From the NCBI GenBank assembly GCA_963924565.1, contig OZ004615.1, positions 14,880,001 to 14,944,000 on the forward strand: 64,000 nt of DNA, written 5' to 3'. Under the pieces are notes generated by a model that did not search any database, was not told the origin of the DNA, and worked only from the letters and a program-made list of their open reading frames with translations. Shown piece after piece: positions 25,501-38,013 of this stretch. The first letter of the stretch is position 1; every line of letters starts with the position of its first letter. Source of the stretch: Ascidiella aspersa (taxonomy: Eukaryota). Position numbers and translations under genes: made by a program.

Positions 25501-27413
25501 AAATTTTGGACTTGCAACTTTTTGGTATTTAAATGAAACACTTGCGGTCTCTTAAAACTACTTAGCGGTCACCCAAACCAAACCTTAAAAAAAGCCCTGT
25601 ACACACCAATTATGATCTTTCCGAGCCAAGCAACACGTGGCTGTTCAATTGTCGCAGAGGCCAAAACGCTGCAATTAAATATCACTCCAGCGAAAAATAA
25701 GCAATATTTGCGTACTATATAGCAACGTTACACGACATTCAAAATGTACAACATGTACATCATTCGAAACTCTAGCTTCGTTTAAGAAATTGCTTAAAAT
25801 GGCCACCGGTTAACCACAGTTACAAATCTTAACTTTGCTACAAAGCATTTAACAAGTTCTTACCGGTAATGTCAAGCCAAGCAGTTCAACATTGTCGTCA
25901 AATATTTTTGTTCCCTTGTGTTTGCAAACCGAACCGTTCGTTTCATTTTTTTTACCTTCGGCACACCAACACTTGAAAAAGCTAAAAATCGGCGTAACTC
26001 CTACGTAATATATATGTGTATCGACAACATCAGCAAATATCATGGGCGTTAGGCAGGCAACAGAAAAATGAGCGATTGCCTTGCAATAGCTGACGGAAAA
26101 CAGAGGGCTTTTAATAGCATTTGGAAAATGAAACTGGACATTGGTGCTTTGTTTTTTGTAGCTCCACATATTTTTCGAAACAACAACCAAGACTAATTAT
26201 ACTATCACAAAATGCCATTAATATATTTACAATGATATTTTTTTTTATAAGAAGGTAACATAGGTTTAAAAAAAGTTATACTTATTATTGAAGTTCCTAA
26301 ATTTACACCTGGAATATTGCATAAAAGGTCAAAATAGCTACCTTGATGAGATTTTCGCATTAATTCGACTGATTAAAAAGTACCCGGCCTGAACACAAGT
26401 AACACACCTACGGGAACTTCGCGGCACACCGGTTGCGGAGCAGTGGGAGCACTGTCCTAAACCAGGCAAAACTACTGCTCGCAAACAAAACAATAAACGT
26501 AACACTGAATAATACATAAGCAAGGCGATGGCTACGCTTGAACAACCTTCTCGGCACCCGTACCACACGTTGGGAGGCGAGAAATCTAATACATTGTAAA
26601 ACGAAATGATGTCACAAATATAACATTAGGTCGAGGTGTTTGCTATAACTGTCGAACTCTTGTGTGTTTATTATTGACATGATTTCTGATATCGCTTTAT
26701 GCAAAGCTCTGTGGCCCACTGAAAACAGCGTCATGGCCCACTACTGGGCCATGGCCCATAGGTTGAAAACACTGAGCGTCTAAACGTAGTCACCAAAACG
26801 GCCAATGCTAGACCGATGGCTCCCGATCGTCCAAACCCACACGTTCGGTCGTTATTTTCAACATTTCGGCCTTCTTCCGATGAATTTAGGACTTATTCCG
26901 ATGAATTTAGGACTTATTTCGATGAATTGAGGCCTTATTCCGATAAATTTAGGACTTATTCCGATGAATTTAGGCCTTATTCCGATGACTTTAGGACTAA
27001 TTCCGATGAATTTAGGCCTTGTTCCCACAGATTTAGATCTTATTCAGACGATTTTGATCTTACACTGTACTGGATATTACTGTGTATTCGGCTGTATTAT
27101 GTCGTTTGTCTTAGTACTATGGTTTACTTCTACTTAAGGTATTGTTGCTTTTTAGGTCTTATTGTGCGTTTTCGTACAAAACTGTGTATATTCAATAGTT
27201 TTCTTAGTAAGTAGTAAAAAATGATCATAATTGACAAAAATTCATTCACAGGGTGTGAAGACGAGAATGCTAAACATTTCCAACACCCTTGGTCTCTCAA
27301 ACACGGTGATGCGCCTAATTGAGAAGCGAACCACCCAGGACAAGCTGATACTATTTGGCGGGATGATAGTGACCACGCTGATCATGTATCTGCTTTGGAA
27401 GTTTTATACCTGA
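22567..27413 (+). CDS. gosr2: Golgi SNAP receptor complex member 2 (membrin/GS27, Qb-SNARE), 7 coding exons, 213 aa
   Basis: Exons 22567-22595, 22751-22815, 23162-23270, 23605-23737, 24113-24185, 24405-24475, 27252-27413; 642 nt in frame. Motifs MDALYHQTNR, MGRLETA, RQNARMRVDQVRYD, ALRNFHHRR, LGLSNTVMRLIEKR and a C-terminal TM match GOSR2. Confidence 0.95.
25436..25599. mobile_element. Short hAT-like MITE in gosr2 intron 6
   Basis: TIR cagtgtttattttaagg / ccttaaaaaaagccctg; perfect 8-bp TSD tacacacc. A near-identical copy lies at 34314-34490. Confidence 0.9.
26863..27055 (+). repeat. 21-bp minisatellite (tccgatgaatttaggacttat, about 9 units) inside a dispersed element
   Basis: Units start at 26876, 26897, 26918 and onward with period 21; this generates the SDEFRTY repeat ORF. 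Confidence 0.9.
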
Positions 27414-29432
27414 AAAAAAGCCGACGAAAAAGTTTTGAGTTGGGGACTACTTGCACGTTTCAATTATTTCGATTTAAAACGAAGTAAATGGTGACATGGT
27501 TTTATATTAAGCTCAACGATTTTTTGGGGTTCCTCTTTTCAGTCGCTAACCAAATGCTTATCTTGAACTAATTCAGAAAAAATAGTTGCATTTTACTGTT
27601 CCTTAACTAATTTGATGGTAGCATGGAACACATTCCGCCCCTAGAAGCAAGAAAGGTGCGATGCTATACGGTTGCAATTGATCAAACTTTTGTCCGCACA
27701 ACATAAGGTTGTGTGGTGCTTAACTATGCGACGAAATGGCTAAAAGTGTTTTTGTATACTGTAGAGCTGAAACGATGTTGACAAACCTTAATTCTTTTGT
27801 CACGGATTTGATAGCGCCCGATTTGTTTCATTTGTTTGTCGTTGTCCTATGTAAAATGTGCAATAGTACCGCGACCCGAAATATAACTGAAATACATAAC
27901 GTTGACTATAGCAGCCTACAACTCAAAAAGGAAAAACTTGTGCCTATTCCGCCATTGATCCAGTCATTTGCACCATGCCACACTGCGCCATTACAAGTTA
28001 CATAGGGTAAACTGTATCTTAAACTGGTTGGTGAAGTAACGTAGATTGAAATATTTTGGTGATCTCAACGTGGTATTATAGTAAACGTGTAAGTTTTTTT
28101 CTTTATTTGTGTTTCTTTCAAAATAATAGCTTGTGTCCAATTTGTTTAAAGAATGTGTATTGAAGTCTTTTCTGTTCAAGAATGCGTATCTCTTTCGCTG
28201 AGTGTGTAGGGGCCGCGACGTGAGACGTTTCACTTTTCCACGCATTCCGTTATTCTTACTCTTGCAGTGAAAAAACGCTTTTCACTTTGTTTGTGTTTAT
28301 TTAAAAAAATTATAACTATGTCGAGTCGACATGCGCTGCAAAATATATCATTGTTTACAAAATTACATGAACAAGCATCACGGGTATGAAATTGATAAAA
28401 CTAAATAAAAAACAACAGGCTTGTTTTGTAAGCACGAGTATATTATTACCTATAATTTTAGTTTTCCATTTGTATTGTGTAAAAGTTTGTTCCCCAATAT
28501 ATACCGACTGTGTAAAATATGAAGACCTGAAAGGAACCAAAGAGCTTATCTCATTAGGAGGAGAAGAAGACGCACGTTGTATGCGCCGTTGTCACGTTCC
28601 AAGAGCCTGTGGTTGGCGAACAACTTTAATCATATTTAATACAAAACGACATTGCGAAATATGTTTACCGTATGACTTACAAATATAGACAGAAGACCAG
28701 CTAGCCTGCTATCCTGTGTTACAACAGAAAGCATGCTTTAGTATGTTACCTTATAATTCAATAATTTTTTTGAAATGTTGAGTAACGACATGTTTGAAAT
28801 TGTCGTGTGTAAAAAAAAATATTTGCTGAACCGGCACCGAAAAATGTTCTTTAACTAAAAAATGGATTGTGTGGTTTCAAACATCTGTTCACAAAAATCA
28901 ACATCGAGCGGGTTTATTAACCTTTTTTAAAGCATGATTTTGAAACACAAATACTTTAACAATACGACACTGGTGAACGTGAAGAGATCCCATCTTTCGC
29001 TACACGATTTGGACAACATTTACATTGGAGTCCCCAAGTATAGATTCGAAGCTCAAGAGTCAAGAATGACATACAATTTAACTTAATTATATATAGTACG
29101 TTTGGAACACACATAAAGACCTAAAAGCAACAATACCTAAAGCACAAAAATCTATAAAACCAACGACATAATAAAGCCAAATACGCCGTAATATCTGCAA
29201 CAGAATAAGAACTTAATCGTCTGAATAAAGCATAAACCTGTCGGAATAAGTTCTAAATCTATCGGAATAAGGCCTAATAGTCCAAAATAACGCCTCAAGT
29301 AGAGGGTATGGGACGATCGGGTGCCATGGGTTGGGCATCGGCCGTTGTGGTGTCGACGTTAGGGCGCCCTAGTTTGAATGGCGTTGTTTGAGGATTCAAT
29401 GTCGCATATACGGCGAATTTATCTACCAAATA

Positions 29433-32400
29433 CACTGTCAGAACGGTGTTTAAATTTGAACACCAAAACGGTCTATACACGTTTAAAATCTAAACACTTA
29501 AACACCTAATTTAAACACCTTTGTGTTTAATTTTAGTTTTGGTGTTTAAATTATAAACACCTGAACGATTTTATGTTAAACACCTGATATTTTGACGTGT
29601 TTAACAACGATTATTGGGTGATTTTAAGCACAATTGACGAATTTAAACATGTTTACGATTAAACACTTCATAATTTAACACGTCAATTATTAGACATGTT
29701 TAATTCGATACATTCTTGTAAAGCATTAGCTCAAGTCATTTATGTTGAAGTTATAAGATGTTGATTAGGGGTATTGGTATTTTAAAGCACTGAACAGTTG
29801 TTTTATGTACGATTTCGTCAAATATTTAACTATACAAGTTTGCATGTATGATCGATTGATCGTAACAGATCACAATAAACGGAATGACTTAATTCATGGT
29901 TTCATTTAACATCTGTACGGCTTATTAGGCGTCATTTCATTTTTTAAATATAACGACAATCATGAAAATACGGGTTTGTGTTCTTGACGTGCCATTAAAT
30001 CCAATATTTGATTTCATTGTTGTCGCTTGCGAATAACTTTGTACCACCCAAGTAAAAAGCGAAGCTGTGCGGTCTTGCGCCGCCATGACCTACTTATTGC
30101 GCCAGCAATAAAATACGCGTGACGAAAACAATCATTGGGAATGATTTTTTTCTAGGGCAATGCTGTATCGCCGTGAAGCTTATATATTTTTCAAATTTAA
30201 ATTGTTTAACGTATGACGAATAGTAAGTATTATTTATTAAATGTTTGATTTACGATATATTTTAACTATTTATAGTAAATTTTGTTTTGTTATAAAACAA
30301 GTTTTTGTCATATTGTCCATATTAAGTACATTCAAAGAGACTTTAAATCTCTTTGGTACATTCAATAAATCAACTCATGATTGAAATTATTTGAAATTGA
30401 TTCGGTCCGATGAACATCAACAAAGCATATGTGACCAACGCGGGAATTCAAAATGCCGAAAAAAAGTTTGACTTTTAACCAGTACAAGTTATACATTACA
30501 GTTAAAGACGGTTTGGCGTATTTTTTGGCTTTCGAGTTACTAAGATTGAGGTAAAACAAATACTAATGTGTATAGTGGTGATTTATATATATATTATTTA
30601 TTTTAATTTGCTTTTTCATAAATGTGTAGTGATAATGTTTTATTAGCTGTGCAAGACGCTTGAAGACGGGCAGGTCTAGAGTGTGAAATTTATGTTTAAA
30701 AAAAGTTTTCCAAGCGAAAACGAAATGTCTGAAATTGGATTTTTGTTTCAGAATTTTAGGTATTTCATTCATAAATCCAAAAGCAATGAAAATTGTAAAA
30801 GACTACTTCATAATAGTTTGGTGCCATACACATGTACATGGAAAATTAAACGAAACAGGTTTGTAAGCTATTTCTTGTCTAAAGTAGCACTTTGATTATT
30901 CTGTTAACAATCAAGTATACTTTTATTAAATCATTATTTTTAAAGGTATTTAGATTACACTGCTTTGTTTCAGGGCAATCAATGACAGCAAACCATTTGC
31001 TCTTTTCAACTTCAGAAAAACTTGGTTCACAGGAGATTAGGTTAAAAATGTAAGTAAATTTTACTTACATGTTTTACATTAATATATTTTATTCCCATTT
31101 GGCTTTTATTTTGTTAGTAGCAGCCAGCAAATTATTTTTTTTTTATCTCTGTAAATTTTCTGAAGTACTTTAATATGTGTTTTAGTTTTAATTTATCATT
31201 TCCATAGTTTAAATCTTACATTGAAGCTTTAAATGTAAAATCTAATATGTAGTACTTTTGGTATGCTACTGACGCTTTAATAAAGTGATATAGTTTACAT
31301 AATTAGAGTTTTTATTTATTTACAGGAATTTTAACTGCAGTGTAAGATGGTAAAATAAAAGTCTGTGACAAAGTTCAAGTGGAAAACAACAAAAGAGTAT
31401 AGATCTACTAAAATTGATACACAAGGTAAACAAACTAAAATTTTCTTCTTCCCAAGTTCATTTATCGAACCTTAAAATTTGTGGTAAATACATATAATTG
31501 AATAGATATTTAATTGATGTGTTGTGTTCCATAAATTGTGTATAATGTTTGGTCTGCATGTCCCAGTAATGGGCGACTTTTTTTGGTCAGATTGTTTATC
31601 ACTAGTTTAAGCAATATGGCCAATGCAATATTCTGGCTCACATATTTACTTTTTATCTGAAATTATTTAATGATTTAATTGGGTTTTCATAGTAGGGTGA
31701 AAGATATTAAAACAATAAAAATGAACTTGTTTTGTAATCATTGCGATGTCTTTAGGTTACAGTGTAACATAAATAATACATTTTCTAATGCTATGCTCAA
31801 AGAGTACATTGCCACCAAACCTAGTACATGTCATAATAATATGCTTTTGTAGTGATTGGTGACAAACTAAAACATATTTTTATGACATGACATGTAGTGG
31901 TTCTGGTGAATAACTTGAAAAATATAAAGAGTTGTTCAGTGATAGTGTATAATTTAATCACTGCAGTGTATTATATTGATCTAAATTTTATTTCTTAGGC
32001 AGCCATGCTCAACTCGTCTTCTAAAAAGAAAAGCTCTTCGAGGCCTTTATTGGGCAAACCTTTGGAGTGGACGGCACAGCAGCTTTTCTGCATTGGTATA
32101 TTAGTGGATGGAATGGACATTAAATTTGTGGAAGAACAACACTTGTTGAACAAATTGTTTAGTTATATTTCATTGATATTGGAGCCTGTTAATATACACG
32201 GGATTTAAGTCATCCATCATCCTGTTGCTCTGTGTTTTTATATGTTTTTAAACAATGTACGAAAGGCCCCACCTTGAAAATTTGCCAAACATAGCAATTA
32301 TAAATATTAAAAAAAGGTTTCAAATTTGTAAAATATCTTCTTTTTCTCTGTTTTTCTTTTTATCACATACGCATTTTTGTTTGCATAAACACCTGCATTG

Positions 32401-32632
32401 TATTGAAAATGCGATATGTATATTATTACTCGTTTTGTTTGGTATAATAAAATTGTATACCTCATAATATATTGTGAAATTTGTTTGGAAACACTGAATA
32501 CTAGCATTAAACACCTGGCAGAATAAACGGCAAAAGCCTAAACACCTGGAATTTAAACATGTTTAATTTTAAACGTGCTGACATTTCGCCCCTTTCAGGT
32601 GTTTAATTTTGGTGTTTAATCGAATGACAGTG
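29433..32632 (+). mobile_element. 3.2-kb CACTG-terminated (CMC/EnSpm-like) element with decayed coding remnants
   Basis: ta|CACTGTCA ... TGACAGTG|ta. Dense subterminal taaacacct / gtgtttaa repeats at both ends (29445-29700, 32508-32620). The AT-rich interior has splice-like signals and broken ORFs. Confidence 0.75.
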
Positions 32633-32736
32633 TATAATGTGCTGGTGTATGTCGTTTAAACAAATTTTTGTTGGCTGTTTGATGCGTTTGTGTTGCCTGA
32701 CAGTCAAGACGTCTTATAATGCCTTTATCGACTGCT

Positions 32737-33798
32737 GTAGGTCGCATTTAAGACCGTTCGTATAATGTCGCATATACGGGCGAGTTTATCTAACTAATAT
32801 ACAAGCAGGTCTATGGGGACTCAGCCTTAAGGTTCAAGTAAGAACAACATCAACGTCGTAATAAAACCCAATATCCCCTCTCTTCACTTGCAGTCGTTAT
32901 TTTCGCCATTTAGGTCTTATTTGGATGAATTACGGCTGCTGGTTCATGTCTTAATCAGACGATTTAGATCAGTGGTTCCCAAACATTTTTGGCTCGCCGC
33001 ACACTAAAAAATGCTTGCGTGTGTGCCTATTGGTAATACAAAAACTACATTTTCCGAAATTACAAAAAGTTTCGCACACTAGTGTGCCGCGACACACAGT
33101 TTGGGAATCACTGATTTAAATCATTTCTGTCGTGCGTATTGTTGGTTATTTGGCTTTTATATGTCGTTGGTTAATTACTATGGTATTGAAGCTTTTCTGC
33201 GTAAGGTATTGTTGCTTTGTAGGTATCATTGTGTGTTCCCTTCTATGGCGTCGTAATTACGTTTATATGTCGTTTGTTTAAGTTTTCACATTCTTCTCAT
33301 CTTAAGTTGTTAAATCCAAACTTTTAGAACGAATCATAAAAACATATTTAAAGATTAAAGATGGAAAGAAAGACGCTAAAACACTTAATCGAAATTTTTT
33401 TAATAATAGATTTCATCTTGGGAAATTATTTATTTTAATATTAGAATTCTATTGGAAAATTGATTTACATTAGGCATTATGATTTTTCAGTTTTACATGC
33501 AGAATTTTCGTGTTGTTGATGTCAACATTTACAAAACCAGCAGATAGACGTTTCGTGGTGTCAAATTTTTGTCGCTTCTTTTGGAATTCTGGGCCATGTG
33601 CCACTAATTTTGTTTAGTTTGACGTGACAATGAAGTCATGAAAAGACGTTTTAACTATAAGGTTACACAAATAAATTATATTGGTCAACTAAAATGTAAG
33701 CAAGCGTTATTTCAACGCCAAACACAACACAGTACATTTGGTAAATAAACTTGCCCGTATATGCGACATTATGTGAACGCCCGTATATGCGACCTGTA
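32737..33798. mobile_element. Non-autonomous element with about 60-bp TIRs containing a doubled gtcgcatatacgggcg motif
   Basis: 32737-32800 is the imperfect reverse complement of 33733-33798. Solo ends occur at about 29398-29432 and 38192-38258. Confidence 0.65.
32970..33113. mobile_element. Small hAT MITE
   Basis: TIR cagtggttcccaaac / gtttgggaatcactg; TSD atttagat / atttaaat. Confidence 0.85.
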
Positions 33799-34313
33799 TT
33801 TATTAACTACTAGAGCAGAGGTCGGCAACTCCTGGCACGGGTTCCAAAAGTGTCACGCGAGATGATTTTTCAGGGCACGCACGCCTAATGATTAGACAGT
33901 TTTCGTGTCACAAAATGTGTGTCTGTTTGTATTCAACTTTGTTTTTTGTGGGCGTTAAACTTGTTGTTAACGACTACCGTTCGTTCGTATTACGCCACAA
34001 TGTGAAACTTGGCGTTCTACATTAAAAGTAAACACGTGTGTTTTTGTGCGACTGAGAAACCAAGCTAAAAGCGAAACTGTTGGTTTAACACTTAGGTATC
34101 GGCTGAAAAGCGTCGAAGTATATTCCAAAATAGTATTGTGCTCGTCCCAATTCGTTGTTTTTCAGCAGGGTTAGGGTATCTTTACAGAATTTAACATATG
34201 ACATTAGGGTTAATGGCGTTTTCCAAAATGCGTAAAATAGATGTCAGATCACAGAGGGGCTGCTGAGTCGAATTATGGACTCGGGTAAAACTACCGAGTC
34301 CGAGACGTGTGTG

Positions 34314-34490
34314 CAGGTTTTTTTTTAGGTTTGGTTTGGGTGACCGCTAAGTAGTTTTAAGAGACCGCAAGTGTTTCATTTAAATACCAAAAAGTTGCAA
34401 GTCCAAAATTTGGGAAACCAAAAACCAAAAAGTTGCAAGTCCAAAATTTGGGACCGTTTCGGTCCCCCAAAACACCTTAAAAAAACACTG
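34314..34490. mobile_element. Short hAT-like MITE (sister of 25436-25599)
   Basis: Perfect TSD cgtgtgtg. It lies inside an older gagtc/gactc-rich element at about 34253-34740 that ends in cacagccctg. Confidence 0.9.
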
Positions 34491-34828
34491 CGTGTGTGCA
34501 TGCGCAGGACAAAATTTCGAAACTGAAAAGGCAGCAAACTGTAAATTGTTAGGATGAATTAGGATATGGTGGCATATTTTTCATTACCCCATGGGTGGAT
34601 TGCTGGAATAATCATCGTATTTTATTTACGTAAATGGGTGAATACAAGCTGTAGAGTCTGATCCGGACTCAGGACTCGATGAAATCGCACATTTAACTGG
34701 AGTCTGACTCGGGGTGTTTTTAACCTACTGCACAGCCCTGGTTGCCAATGCAAAACCAAACAAAGAAAATTTTCGGCATGCGAGTTGTTGATATTTTGAC
34801 ATTATTCATAAACTAGCACGCTGTAGAC

Positions 34829-35802
34829 CAGGGGCAGGCAACTTCTCCAGTCGGCGGGCCTGATATGGTATAATTAAGTACTTGGCGGGCCGGATTACTG
34901 AATTGATACAATAACCGTACTGCCATTGCTTGCATGTTTTGTCGCATAATGGCGGCTAATGCTGTAAAAAAGTACTTGGGCATCCGATCCTTGCTAAATT
35001 AGCGACGCTCCTTGTCAACTTTACGTTTATTGGTAAAATCTAAGGGAAAATATTGATGTAAATTCTAAATCTAATTTGGGAACACACAACAAGACCTAAA
35101 AAGCAACAAAACCTAAAGCAGAAAAAACAATGATACCATAGTATTTAAGCCAAATTTGCAGTAACACTCACGACAGAGTAAGAACTTAATCGTCTGAATA
35201 AGACATAAATCTGTCGGAATAAGGCCTAAATAACGCCTGAGACTGTAGGAAGTAGGTATGGGACCTGGGACGATCGGCCGTTTTGGTGTCGCATTTTAGG
35301 CGCACTATAGTTTGAAGTGCGCCGCTGTTTTGGCACCTGACTTATTGGCCCTTCGGGGTTATTGGTGGGTAATAGGTAAGGTTAAACATTGGGTTAGGGT
35401 TGAAATTATTAGGGGAGTTAGTTATGTACTAGAGGTGGGGTTTAGGGTTAGGTAAAATGGTTTATAGATCTAATTCCGGTCATTCAAGTTTTAATCCGAC
35501 GGGTTTATGACTTATTCCAATTTAGACGGTATTACGACTATTAGGTGTTAGTCCTATTTTGGTCTTATTCCAACGTTGATGTTGTTCTTAGTTTGATCGT
35601 ATGGCTGTAGTTCTCTAGTTTCAACCCCAAATAAAGAACTAAAGAATACCTAACAATCACTATTATTTGACGTATTAGTGGGGGATTGCGGCAGACTGTT
35701 GCCGCGGGCCACATAATCATGTAAGACCAGAATCTGTCTGCGGGCCGCTCAAAGTCTCGTCGCGGGCCAGATCCGGCCAGCGGGTCGTGTTGCCCGCCCC
35801 TG
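34829..35802. mobile_element. hAT MITE nested in 33816-35829
   Basis: TIR caggggcaggcaac / gttgcccgcccctg; perfect TSD ctgtagac. Confidence 0.9.
35075..35620 (-). mobile_element. Bipartite dispersed element (degenerate fold-back arms with 21-bp units around a gcggcgcac/gtgcgcc core)
   Basis: Homologous copies at about 59115-59735 (complete), 24830-25112 plus 26775-27190 (split), 29095-29375 (one arm) and 32815-33245 (core deleted). Confidence 0.7.
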
Positions 35803-35838
35803 CTGTAGACGAAAGGTTGTCGACCCTTGTACTAGAGT

Positions 35839-37192
35839 CTAGACGAAATACCCGGTGTTGCCCTGGTTAAATAGTATATTTACCAGTTATTTTAACTGGT
35901 TAAAAATAAATTACACCAAAATAATAATCATAATGTACGAAGTCTTCCTGAATTTTGTCTGGTTAAACAAAATGAAGCAATCCAACTTACTGTGGGCTCT
36001 TTATCACTATTGCACATTATGTTGTAACATGTTCAACTGCTCGCCTCAGGTTGTGTTACGGATAGCGTAAGAACTTCGTAAGGGGCATAAATAATGCACT
36101 GACCATTTAATCACTAATCACGTGTTACCAGCATTGTATAACTTTCTTTCTGAAGCGGCGTGTTATAGCCGATAATTTAAAAATATATATTTAACATCAA
36201 ACCAAATTGCAACGTTGTGTGTTTTTTTAAATGGAACTACTAAACACGCAACCTTAGCTAAACACGTCTCGTAATTTAACGTAATGAAAACCCGTGACAT
36301 ATATAAACTGTTGCTACCAGGCATGGTAATATAAATCAAAAACAGCTTCTCTGGTAATTGTAATTGTTATATACCCGTGACATATGTCGATCAAACATTA
36401 CTAAAAAACGTAAAAAAGTCGTAGCATCAATTGTTCAAGTTACGCGAAATTCAAGCAAATACGTAATCCCGGTAGGTATCCGTACTGCATTCAACGAAAA
36501 AGAAATCCCATAGAAAAGTAAATTCGCTTAGTGTTTAAACCGCAGCAATAAACGCGATATTTTGCAAAATCAGTCCAAATGTTGCGTAGTTTATATTCGG
36601 TTAGGGTTGCTGTACGTTGTCTGTTTAAATGGCCTAATGCCTTATGAAAGAATGTTAAGGAAAAAGCTGCAATAAACGCAATATTTTGCGAACTTAGGCT
36701 CCATTTACGTGGTTAAACAAACTAATGCCTTATGAAAGAATGTTAAGGAAAAAGCTGCAATAAACGCAATATTTTGCGAACTTAGGCTCCATTTACGTGG
36801 TTAAACAAACTGTTGTTCGTTAACATAAATTATAATATGTGATGTGCTTTTTACGTAATTCAGGTACTATACTTCTTCCAACGAAGGACTAAATACCCAA
36901 CGGCTAAGCACGTCAAACATTTTTTAAGTTGAAAACATTAAAAATTATTTTTTATTAGGGCAATATACCTTATTTGATTTTTTATTTTAAGGCAGGTAAT
37001 TGCGCTTGAAAACGTTTTACGCGGTTACGTTAAGAAGTTTAAATATGTCGCGCGCGCGCCTGTGGAGAAGCGAGCACACGACGGGGTGTCGCGGTCCTTT
37101 TGTTAGTCGACGAAGACGTGGCTCTGCCAGCGACCGACCGGGCGAACATGCTGACGACTGACCCACAAACAATCCATTATATATATATAAAA
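35839..37192 (-). mobile_element. Non-autonomous Helitron-like element
   Basis: The minus strand begins t(t)tatatatataatggattgtttgtggg and ends with a GC hairpin (ccagggcaacaccggg), 8 nt, then CTAG; no TSD. Both termini deviate by a base from the canonical A|TC...CTAG|T. Confidence 0.55.
36634..36811. repeat. Perfect 88-bp tandem duplication
   Basis: ctaatgccttatgaaagaatgttaagg...gtggttaaacaaa starts at 36634 and again at 36722. Confidence 0.9.
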
Positions 37193-37223
37193 TAGTCGTC
37201 CGAATATGGGATAGTAGCTACAC

Positions 37224-38013
37224 CAGGGGTCGGCAACCTTTTTCTAGTCGCGGTCCTTAGTTACCTGACGGGGGCTTTAACCGGAGCACTGTGGGGTTTG
37301 TGTCCTGGCATTTTTTTCCCGGGTAAAAACGTTTTTTTTTTGGCCAGTAGAAAAAACTAAAATTATTACTACTACTGACACATATATATTATTTACACCA
37401 TAAACAAAAAGGTAAAAATGTTAACCTTCAGCCGATGCGCAGTTCAACTCTAGCCATACCTCCAAGTGGCGGCACCGTCTCCCTTTGGGAGAATAGTTGT
37501 CCTGAGGACTGGGCTCGAACACTACTGACACTTCAGGCATTCCCAAACTACTTTTTGGTCAATGGGAAGAATACGCCACTACATCTTTTACACTTCTTTT
37601 ACACTTTCTCTGCTTTCTTTTAGTAAGCAAAAAAAAAACAACGTCGTCATCCATGCTACTAACAAAACTACTTTGAGGAAACGAGATAACACTAACAAAA
37701 CTACTTTGAGGAAACGAGAAACTAGGGTTCGTTATCGTTTTTAAGTGCGGGCGCACCCGGCGAGCGAAGCGAGCGCGGCATTTCCTTTGAATTTAAGTTT
37801 TTATTACATTACCGAAAATTTTAAACATGAAAAGACAGCATCAAAACGTAAACAAACCGGACGTGCAAAGATCATTAAAATTTTTTGCACTTATGTAGTT
37901 AAAATAGTCAAAAAGTATTTGAAATGGACTCGTGTCTTGTTTGTCAAAGAGGCGGCGGGCCGGATGAGTTACATTGGCGGGCCGGCCCGCCGGTTGTAGG
38001 TTGCCGACCCCTG
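37224..38013. mobile_element. hAT MITE
   Basis: TIR caggggtcggcaacct / aggttgccgacccctg; TSD agctacac / tgctacac; internal 33-bp duplication at about 37657-37720. Confidence 0.9.

Larger units (their letters stand above)
33816..35829. mobile_element. hAT element hosting several nested insertions
   Basis: TIR cagaggtcggcaac / gttgtcgacccttg; perfect TSD tactagag (33808-33815, 35830-35837). Confidence 0.85.

Noticed and set aside
26816-27214. 132-aa ORF with SDEFRTY repeats; also considered as a CRISPR-like array
   Set aside because: It is a 21-bp tandem repeat with no unique spacers, inside a dispersed element in a gosr2 intron; the ORF is a by-product.
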